A DNA stretch of 32,000 nucleotides from contig NC_010085.1 of NCBI RefSeq assembly GCF_000018465.1, forward strand, positions 1,380,001 to 1,412,000, in the 5' to 3' direction. The notes under the pieces were generated by a model that searched no databases, was not told where the DNA came from, and saw nothing but the letters and a program-made list of their open reading frames with translations. The stretch is from Nitrosopumilus maritimus SCM1. Its GTDB lineage: Archaea > Thermoproteota > Nitrososphaeria > Nitrososphaerales > Nitrosopumilaceae. Shown piece after piece: positions 24,590-32,000 of this stretch. The position numbers and the translations under genes were made by a program. Within the stretch, counting starts at the first letter, position 1. The number at the start of each line of letters is the position of its first letter.

Positions 24590-26191
24590 TCATGGTTTGT
24601 TGAGATCACCGGTACCAAGATTTGGATTATTGTCTGCACCAACTCCCAAGTCAGCTTGAGTTTTTGGTGCAGAAACTTCTGGAGCAATAGGTTTCTCTTC
24701 AGGTTTTTCTGCTGCAGTTTCACCTTCAGGAAGTTTTGCAGATTCTTCGGGTTGTGAAGATTCTTCTGGTTCAGCTAGTTTTGGTTTCTCATCAGATACA
24801 GGAGCTGGAGGAGCTGGAGGAGCATTCTTTTGCTGACTCATACCATATCTGTAGATATGGAAGAAACCAGCAAATACCATCAGTATCAATCCAACAAAGA
24901 ACAAAGACATGTTGTTCATGCCAGTCAAAGCTGCATTGTATGCTGCAATGTTAAGGAATACTTGGAATGCTAGTAATGCAACAAGTAACCAGTTAATCCA
25001 TTTTTCAGATAGATCTAAGGTTGCAACTTTCTGCGGACCAGTATTTTTTGCTAGTTTTGATTTTCTCTCTGCTTCATTTGCAAGTTTGATCATCATGTAT
25101 GTAAATCCAAAACTCATAGGAACTAACAATATCATCACACTGTAAAAGAACACAGGATCAATTACCAAACGCTCAACTAATGGAATTGAGATGTCAGGTG
25201 AGATATAGAATCCCCAATAAGTTGTTACCATAATCTGTGCAAGGCTGGTAATTCCAAATGCAGTAATAATTGGTCTATCTCTCCAAGAGAATTTCTTGTA
25301 TCTATCAATAAATGGAATCAATACAAACGATATAATGAATATCAAAGGCCACAGCAACCCTGTTACAAACTTATCATACTGAGTTCTCATGAATGCATAA
25401 ATTCCAGTCAAATACCATTCAGGTACGGTTACACCAGGCGGTACGGTCGGCTCAAACTTGAATCCCAAATCAATTGGGAAAACACCACCAGTAATCAAAA
25501 TTGCACCAGCAATTGCCATAACCATTGGTACATCAAATACCAAGAATCTTGGGAAGTGAACTGCCATCAATCCAAGCATAACTATTGGCAACAAGAACAC
25601 ATGTTGAGCATAGAATCTCAATACAAAGTCCGAGAACCCACTACCCAACGCCGCGTCACGTATGACAGATCCGGCCACTGGAATTGAAGTGGTTAACGAC
25701 GCTGCAATACTAATTGCAAGTTGCGCTCTTTCAGAGAATATAACATCATATCCAGTAAATGCTTCTAAGATAGTAACAACGCCTAAGATAACACCAGTCA
25801 TCCATAAAACTTCATTTCTAATTTTGTATCTTCCACTAAAGTATTGATAATACATGTGAAGAACAGCTAAGAGAACCATTGCATTAGAACCATGATAGTG
25901 TATGTTTCTAATGTGGAATCCAAATGGAACTTCATCGTTAATGAATTGAACACTATCCCATGCTCTATCCAATATCGGTTGATAGTAAAACATGAGCAGA
26001 GCTCCTGAAATTCCTAGAATGATAAACACAATGAATGTTAACATTCCCAAAAATCCAAATGGACTTACAAATCTTGCAGGAAATGAAAACTTGATTGCAG
26101 TAAAGATAGTTCTATCTACACCTTCCCATAACCAATAGAGAAATTCAACTACACCATTTCTTCTTGGCTCAAGCGAAACGGCCATATCCAA
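24590..26191 (-). CDS. Cytochrome b/b6-family protein of a Rieske/cytb complex with a Pro/Glu-rich C-terminal tail
   Basis: FHIRNIHYHGSNAMVLLAVLHMYYQYFSGRYK (heme His), VHFPRF, VPEWYLTGIYAFMRT (PEWY Qo motif), multiple TM helices. Confidence 0.93.
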   Translation of the reverse strand: MDMAVSLEPRRNGVVEFLYWLWEGVDRTIFTAIKFSFPARFVSPFGFLGMLTFIVFIILGISGALLMFYYQPILDRAWDSVQFINDEVPFGFHIRNIHYHGSNAMVLLAVLHMYYQYFSGRYKIRNEVLWMTGVILGVVTILEAFTGYDVIFSERAQLAISIAASLTTSIPVAGSVIRDAALGSGFSDFVLRFYAQHVFLLPIVMLGLMAVHFPRFLVFDVPMVMAIAGAILITGGVFPIDLGFKFEPTVPPGVTVPEWYLTGIYAFMRTQYDKFVTGLLWPLIFIISFVLIPFIDRYKKFSWRDRPIITAFGITSLAQIMVTTYWGFYISPDISIPLVERLVIDPVFFYSVMILLVPMSFGFTYMMIKLANEAERKSKLAKNTGPQKVATLDLSEKWINWLLVALLAFQVFLNIAAYNAALTGMNNMSLFFVGLILMVFAGFFHIYRYGMSQQKNAPPAPPAPVSDEKPKLAEPEESSQPEESAKLPEGETAAEKPEEKPIAPEVSAPKTQADLGVGADNNPNLGTGDLNKP

Positions 26192-26774
26192 TTACTCCAT
26201 TTTCTTGCGCGTTAAACTTTGGGGGCAAGATGAATACTAATCCATCTGAATCAACTTCCAAAGTTAGTTTAGGTAAAGTGTTTGATGGTGAAGCTTGTAC
26301 TGATGCAGGACCAACATATGCAGTTCCAGAAACTGGATCATACATACTTCCATGACATGGGCATTCACCTCTTTTTCGTCCCTCATCAGGCCAATATTTC
26401 CACAAACACCAAAGATGAAGGCAAATCATACTGAAAGCTCTAAATGCAGAAGGATCATTTTTTGCTCCACCTAATTCTTCAGGTAATCTAATGAATTGCC
26501 ATTTACGAAATGCTTCAGCATCAAGTGCTGCATCACCGGTTGCAGGATATGTAATGACTTCAGCGTGATTTATTGGGTAAGTGTTAACGTTAGCTTGAGT
26601 GCCATCAGGTAGAATTACAGGTACTTTCTCAAGAGAAGCCTGATTTGGGTTTGGCATGAAATTACCAAATGGGACAAATGGAGCAAAAGCTAAACCAGTT
26701 CCTGCTGCACCCATTAACTTTAGAAAGTCTCTTCGGGATAATCCGGTAGACTTTTTCGTCCCCACCTCTGACAT
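26169..26774 (-). CDS. Rieske iron-sulfur protein with Tat-type signal
   Basis: LSRRDFLKLMGAAGTGLAFAPFVPFG (Tat motif) and CLHLWC...ECPCHGSMYDP (variant Rieske cluster motif). Overlaps cytb by 23 nt. Confidence 0.92.
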   Translation of the reverse strand: MSEVGTKKSTGLSRRDFLKLMGAAGTGLAFAPFVPFGNFMPNPNQASLEKVPVILPDGTQANVNTYPINHAEVITYPATGDAALDAEAFRKWQFIRLPEELGGAKNDPSAFRAFSMICLHLWCLWKYWPDEGRKRGECPCHGSMYDPVSGTAYVGPASVQASPSNTLPKLTLEVDSDGLVFILPPKFNAQENGVIGYGRFA

Positions 26775-26817
26775 TCAAGCTGACGTACTCGCCAAATTGC
26801 TTATAAACCTTGTTCAG

Positions 26818-29800
26818 TTACTTTGCAGGTTTTTGTCTAATTACAATAATAGAAACAATTCCGATCGCAATTCCAATAGCTATTCCTATTCCAATCCCTA
26901 CTAAAAGCAAAGAATCAGAGTCATTAGATGAAATTATGGTTTCTTTTACAATAGTTTCTTTTTCAATGGAAATAGTTTCATTTTTAGTGGTTTTCTCCAA
27001 GTCTGAAGACGTTTCATCTTCAATTATGATTTCTGAATTCTGAGATACTAATTCAGTAGAGATGTTTGTAAATTTTGCAGCTAATGTAATAGGTTCAGTT
27101 GTAGAATTTCCTCCAAACAATGTAGAGTGTGTCAACAATGTGTAAGTACCAGTTTGATTAATTGGCACATACAATACAGTTGATGTATCATCCTTGTTTT
27201 TTACTGGGAAAAATCCACCACCCTGACTAAATAGAGAATTTCCCAACCAATCAAGTGATGGCCATCCAAGAAAATGTCCAAACACTCCAGAAGGAACATT
27301 AGTTTGAATGATTTGTCCTAGAGGATCCATAACAAATACAGATAGGTTTGTATCATCACTAGTCCAGGAAAGTTCTATAGCTGCAGAATTTACAAATTCA
27401 TTTTGTACATCAAAGTAATATTGTCGCCAATCACCTGCCATGTAACGATTTGTCATATCAAATGCTCCTTTGGTATATCCATTTCCATAAAGGACGTCAT
27501 CATTTTGTTTTCCATGAATTATTATCGTTGAATCATTTTCGGTTATTGGTTCTTTAATTACAAATGATACTGGTGTGTTTACTTCATGCATTTTACTTTG
27601 AAAATTCAAAAATCCCTGATACACACCTGTTTCTAAATCAGTTGGAGTAACCAGAGTTACATCTACTGTTGAAACGCCATTAGAAGGAACAGTTATTGTT
27701 TCAGATTTAGGCCACAACATAGACCATTTAGTATTTTGATAATAACTTGCAGATATGGTATAATCCATTGATGTTGAATTTTGATTTGTGTTTCCTAACC
27801 AGTAAGAGTATCGTGTAGGAACTGGATAAACACCAACTAATGGAACACCATCAAATTTTTCATTTGGTTCTGACACTCGAATTTCTTGAACAGTTCCCCA
27901 AGATCCGCCTCTATTAACTAGAGATATTTCATCACTGGTAATTTTTGTATCATTATTGTTATCAAGCCAATCATACAAGTATAATGAAGAAATTTTAAGA
28001 TCATCAGCATAAACATCAGAAGTACTATTCATAAATTGATCAAAAGGAAAATTTACGTTTAAGATCATTAAAGAAGATTCATCAGGGATGGGATTTTTTT
28101 CATCAAAGAAATCCTCTAGGTCTTCATGAGGTTTTACATCAGATAATTTTACATAATTTGGAATAAATGTATCAGTTTTATTCAAAATGGAATCGTGTTG
28201 ACGAGGAGTTGTTGTTCCGTTAAATTGAGTATGTTTAATCAGAGCCAATGTTTCTGGTTTTACATCAACAATAATTTCATTTTCTGTAGGATTTGAGATA
28301 GTAAAAGTTGCAGTAGTTCTATCCCCGGCAATCAATTGTCCTCCAAACCAACTAGCCATAGGAAGAGAGTGTGAAGGAAGTTTGAATTGCTGAAAACCTA
28401 TTGCAGTGTGATTAAAGTTTTCAATCGAAGGCTCAAGAATTTTTTTGAGGTTTTCATAAGAATTTTCATTAGTTACCATAAACACACCATTTTTTCCATG
28501 AACATAATCTAAAGCAGAGTTAACATTTGTCAAACCGGAACCTTGGGTAAAAGGGTCATTATTCATATCTACTGCAGTAGACATTAAGATATTTTTTATC
28601 ATAAATGAATCATAGTCTTGAGATTGTTTTGTCATCTCTTCAATCAAAATGGCAGCACTTCCAGAAACTAATGGGGCAGCCATGCTAGTCCCTCCAAATA
28701 ATGAAAAGGATTCATCCTTGGAATCTTTTGTAGTTTTTATCATATTTGAGGGAACAAATCCATGAGCACCAAGACTCATCACATCAGGTTTTGGATCACC
28801 AATTGCAGTTGGTCCTCGACTTGAGAAATCAACTACATGATTATAGTGATTAGTTGAATTACCAAATCTTGGTTGGTCTTTGAATGGACCATATCCAACA
28901 AAAACATTGTTAGTAGTAGCCCCAACAGTTATTCCAAAGGGAGATGCATTAGGTAGTCCAATTGTTCCATATCCATGACCAGAGTTCCCAGCACTAGATA
29001 CCATTACAACTCCAGGATAATCATCATCAAGTGAATGAGGGGTTGAAAGAATACTTTGGATTAATGATAAGACATCCATTCCCGGTGCAGATTTGAATGA
29101 TGGGAAATTTGAAATGCCCCAGCTGTTGGAAATTATATCTACTCTAGGTTTTCCAGAAAATTCCCAAATATTATCTCCATTTTCAAATCCTGCAGACCAT
29201 AACCATGCATAAACAGTATCACCGAACCATAATGCCTTTACAGGCAAAATTTTTGCACCAGGTGCAACACCAGTTATTGAATATTTTTTAGTGTCATTGT
29301 AAATATCGTATGTTTCTTGTCCGCGAGAAACAATTGATGCAGTACTTGAAGTACCATGCCCCATAAAATCAGTCATTATACCAAAAAATTCACCATTAGG
29401 ATCTAATGCAGGTAAAAGAGTGCCATTAATTGCATTTAGTTTATCATCAATTTCAGTGGAATTGTTTCTAATAACACCATAAACATCTAAAACTTGTGCA
29501 CCAATTGTTCCAGCACTGTAATCAGTTTTTCCATCGTTGTTTGAATCATAAACAAGAAATTCGTTACCACTTCCCAAAACAATTGGTTTTTCATCAGTAA
29601 AATCAAAATCATAATTTGGTTGTTGCCCAGAAGGTAAGCTAAATCGAGTATAGTCTTCCCAAGAAGTACTCATATCAGGAATAATTGTATCATATACTCC
29701 AGGAATAAAAGAATCAACTACAAGAACAGGTACGACTTGAACTTTGGCAAGAGGTCCACTTAATCCTCCTTGATAAATTACACCAAGACGGTATTCTCCA

Positions 29801-30627
29801 CTTTTTGATTTTATGTAATTTCTATTATCTTGTCCTATTTTCATATCTTTATCTAAAGTTCCTTTAAAAATTGGAGATGAACCAATTTGTGGAAAAAAGG
29901 AATTGTAAATTTGAATATCACTTCCTTTTCCTCCTTGAGAAAGATCAAGAAATATTCCTTCCCTAGTAACATATGCAGAAGAAATCATATGTTCTGGAAT
30001 GGGTTTTGTATAATTTCGTATAATTTCATTTTCGTCAATATATGCAAAAAAAGTTGAATTGGTTAGAATAATTCCTTGTCCATCAGGATCAAGCATAAGA
30101 GGATGATTAAGTTCATCTCTAGCAAGAGAATGTTGTATGTCGGGGTTTGAAAAATCAACTCCAGTGTCTATAATTGCAATTACAGTTCCATTTCCTGATG
30201 CATTGTAATTGAGTTGTGCATTTTTTGATCCAGTGATTTCGCCAATTCGTGTAGCATCAACTATTTCATTATCAGATGAATGAAAATCTAATTTAGAATC
30301 TTCAATTATGTGAATTCCTTGGCTTGCCAATAATGAAGCTGATTTTTCAGATAAAAGTGAAACATAAAAAAATCCATGATCAGATTTTATTCCATATATT
30401 GAATTATTTTCTAAGTAATCATAATTTTGAGTGTTTGTTCCAAAAATCAAATAACGTTTAAAATGATTTTCTACAAAAAAATTTGAATCAACATCAATTA
30501 TTTGAGAAGTAAATTCAATCGTTTGGGAATTATCTTGTAGGTATACATCATCACCAGTAAATGCATACGAATTTGCCAAAAAACTAGATAAAAGAAGGAT
30601 TGAAAAGAAAATAGCCGCCTTGGGCAT
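26818..30627 (-). CDS. Secreted, membrane-anchored subtilisin-like (S8) serine protease
   Basis: Catalytic blocks IAIIDTGVDFSNPDI (Asp), FMGHGTSSTASI (His), SSAGNSG (oxyanion Asn) and FGGTSMAAPLVSG (Ser). C-terminal TM LLLVGIGIGIAIGIAIGIVSIIVI. The likely start is MPKAAIFF at 30627, with a signal peptide. Confidence 0.93.
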   Translation of the reverse strand: MPKAAIFFSILLLSSFLANSYAFTGDDVYLQDNSQTIEFTSQIIDVDSNFFVENHFKRYLIFGTNTQNYDYLENNSIYGIKSDHGFFYVSLLSEKSASLLASQGIHIIEDSKLDFHSSDNEIVDATRIGEITGSKNAQLNYNASGNGTVIAIIDTGVDFSNPDIQHSLARDELNHPLMLDPDGQGIILTNSTFFAYIDENEIIRNYTKPIPEHMISSAYVTREGIFLDLSQGGKGSDIQIYNSFFPQIGSSPIFKGTLDKDMKIGQDNRNYIKSKSGEYRLGVIYQGGLSGPLAKVQVVPVLVVDSFIPGVYDTIIPDMSTSWEDYTRFSLPSGQQPNYDFDFTDEKPIVLGSGNEFLVYDSNNDGKTDYSAGTIGAQVLDVYGVIRNNSTEIDDKLNAINGTLLPALDPNGEFFGIMTDFMGHGTSSTASIVSRGQETYDIYNDTKKYSITGVAPGAKILPVKALWFGDTVYAWLWSAGFENGDNIWEFSGKPRVDIISNSWGISNFPSFKSAPGMDVLSLIQSILSTPHSLDDDYPGVVMVSSAGNSGHGYGTIGLPNASPFGITVGATTNNVFVGYGPFKDQPRFGNSTNHYNHVVDFSSRGPTAIGDPKPDVMSLGAHGFVPSNMIKTTKDSKDESFSLFGGTSMAAPLVSGSAAILIEEMTKQSQDYDSFMIKNILMSTAVDMNNDPFTQGSGLTNVNSALDYVHGKNGVFMVTNENSYENLKKILEPSIENFNHTAIGFQQFKLPSHSLPMASWFGGQLIAGDRTTATFTISNPTENEIIVDVKPETLALIKHTQFNGTTTPRQHDSILNKTDTFIPNYVKLSDVKPHEDLEDFFDEKNPIPDESSLMILNVNFPFDQFMNSTSDVYADDLKISSLYLYDWLDNNNDTKITSDEISLVNRGGSWGTVQEIRVSEPNEKFDGVPLVGVYPVPTRYSYWLGNTNQNSTSMDYTISASYYQNTKWSMLWPKSETITVPSNGVSTVDVTLVTPTDLETGVYQGFLNFQSKMHEVNTPVSFVIKEPITENDSTIIIHGKQNDDVLYGNGYTKGAFDMTNRYMAGDWRQYYFDVQNEFVNSAAIELSWTSDDTNLSVFVMDPLGQIIQTNVPSGVFGHFLGWPSLDWLGNSLFSQGGGFFPVKNKDDTSTVLYVPINQTGTYTLLTHSTLFGGNSTTEPITLAAKFTNISTELVSQNSEIIIEDETSSDLEKTTKNETISIEKETIVKETIISSNDSDSLLLVGIGIGIAIGIAIGIVSIIVIRQKPAK

Positions 30628-30658
30628 CAAATAATTTTTGCATCTAACATTATTATAA

Positions 30659-31663
30659 CTATCTTCTTCGTGCCAAAATTGCAATCTGTAATGCAACTAT
30701 GATTCCAATAGATGCTATGATTGGAAACAATAATGAGTTTAATTGTGATGAGGCCTCACTGATAAATTCTACAGAGGTAGAAATGGTACCAGTACTTTCA
30801 TCAATTTTACTACTTGCAGTTTCCAGAGTGTTATCAAATCCTTCAATTTCAGATTTTAAAACATCCAGTTCTTTTGATGTATCATCTAAAATTGTATTTA
30901 GACGAATTATTTGTTCAGATATTCCACCCAAATCCTGACTTAAGACATTTGTTGCAGCAGAACCGTGAGATGTAGTTCCCTGGCTAAATGCTATAACGTG
31001 AAAGACATGAGTACCTTCTTCAATCGGAGTGTAATCTACATAGTATAATCCTTGATGGAGAGCTTTGAATGAACTAGTTAATGTTACAGTCATACCTGAA
31101 GGTAAATGAACATGTGTGTTTCCCAATAATTCTTTGATTCCTGCTTCATTTCCTATCAACAATCCATCGCTTGTTGTTTGTACAAATACTCGAATTGGCT
31201 GGTTTATTGCAGCAGTTTCAGGTGCAAAAACTAGTGTATTGACATGTCTTTCAACAGGGACATCAACAAGATCAGTGGTGGACGAAAATTTTACATCAAT
31301 TGTTTTGGAAATTCCATTTTGTGCAGTACTAATTACTTCAACAGTGTATGTGCCGTAAGGTAAGTTGGATGAAGGTTGCGGCCATGTCAATAAAGAATGA
31401 TTGTAAGAACCATCAGCATTAGTAGTTAATTGATCAAATTTTGCAATTGTTTCATCAGGTGCAAATAATCTTAAAATTAAATTTTCTTCAGGCAAACCAG
31501 TTCCATATATTTGAAGATTGTGAGATGGTGCATAGACTTTACTATTTGTATACAAACTTAGCCCTACAAATTCATCATCTGTTGTATCAAATTGGGCATA
31601 AGAATTAGGAATTTGAATTATTAGTAATATAGTAAAAAATAGAAACAAAATATTTAATTTCAT
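30659..31663 (-). CDS. Secreted/membrane protein with Ig-like domains, coiled coil and C-terminal TM anchor
   Basis: Signal peptide MKLNILFLFFTILLIIQIPNSYA, beta-rich domains, IIRLNTILDDTSKELDVLKSEIEGFDNTLETASSKI coiled-coil-like stretch, LFPIIASIGIIVALQIAILARRR TM. Confidence 0.7.
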   Translation of the reverse strand: MKLNILFLFFTILLIIQIPNSYAQFDTTDDEFVGLSLYTNSKVYAPSHNLQIYGTGLPEENLILRLFAPDETIAKFDQLTTNADGSYNHSLLTWPQPSSNLPYGTYTVEVISTAQNGISKTIDVKFSSTTDLVDVPVERHVNTLVFAPETAAINQPIRVFVQTTSDGLLIGNEAGIKELLGNTHVHLPSGMTVTLTSSFKALHQGLYYVDYTPIEEGTHVFHVIAFSQGTTSHGSAATNVLSQDLGGISEQIIRLNTILDDTSKELDVLKSEIEGFDNTLETASSKIDESTGTISTSVEFISEASSQLNSLLFPIIASIGIIVALQIAILARRR

Positions 31664-31737
31664 TTTAATTAATTGCAGAACTTCTCCTAGATATTACTTC
31701 TGGAAAAATTGTCTATAACTTTCGTTAAGAGGGATTC

Positions 31738-31754
31738 AAAAAAAAGAAAAAAAG
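31738..31754 (-). terminator. Oligo-T transcription terminator-like tract
   Basis: A-rich run AAAAAAAAGAAAAAAAG on the + strand reads as a T-run on the minus strand, 20-40 nt downstream of the minus-strand stop at 31775. Confidence 0.45.
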
Positions 31755-31774
31755 GATAGTGTGAACTAGTTTTT

Positions 31775-31999
31775 CTAACTTACGTTGACAGTTGTACTAA
31801 CTGGTGGTGATAATGCCGTAGGATTATCAACAGACTCCCAAACGAATGCAGTAGCAGTGTATGTTCCTGCTTCAGTTGGAATCCATGATAAAGCTGGGCT
31901 GAATGATTGACCGCTAGATAGTGAACCTGTAATCCATGCTAGTGAGACTGTAACACCGTTTGCATCCTGAATCTGTACCAAGTATGCAAATGATTGCTC
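31775..31999 (-). CDS. C-terminus of a secreted Ig-like/surface protein, truncated by window end
   Basis: The frame stays open past the listed start (EQSFAYLVQIQDANGVTVSLAWITGSLSSGQSFSPALSW...). It is a beta-rich terminal domain. Confidence 0.6.
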   Translation of the reverse strand, partial: EQSFAYLVQIQDANGVTVSLAWITGSLSSGQSFSPALSWIPTEAGTYTATAFVWESVDNPTALSPPVSTTVNVS

Positions 32000-32000
32000 T

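Noticed and set aside
24575-27043. Plus-strand ORFs opposite cytochrome b, Rieske and the protease 3' end
   Set aside because: Nested antisense to motif-supported genes; hydrophobic/low-complexity products expected from the complement of TM-coding sequence.

Overview
This window looks like the chromosome of an ammonia-oxidising archaeon (Nitrososphaeria/Thaumarchaeota, Nitrosopumilus-like). That placement is an inference from gene content, low G+C, and TATA-like boxes about 25 nt upstream of start codons. Most of the window is compact housekeeping sequence: PLP enzyme with a rhodanese-like tail, ASCH protein, TBP, PII-family protein, Dus, Taw1, RdgB/HAM1, Bud32, Kae1, YchF-type GTPase, an AK6-like kinase, archaeosine TGT, a ferredoxin, beta-CASP nuclease, OGG1-like glycosylase, tRNA-Arg(TCT), cupredoxin/cytochrome b/Rieske, and a subtilisin-like protease. 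The most distinctive region is 6804-13670 on the minus strand. It holds three tandem genes for secreted proteins made almost entirely of about 40-aa DxDxDG...CP...DGCPD modules (17, 17 and 20 modules by my manual parse). Two of the genes carry an exact 615-bp (5-module) higher-order repeat. The third follows a different, roughly 6-module period. Other points: an unlisted 58-aa HTH-like ORF (4650-4826), a candidate PD-(D/E)XK-type protein, an atypical PII T-loop, an Asp-for-Cys ferredoxin motif, a variant Rieske motif, A54 in tRNA-Arg, and four overlapping convergent gene ends. I see no convincing CRISPR array, transposon or defence island.
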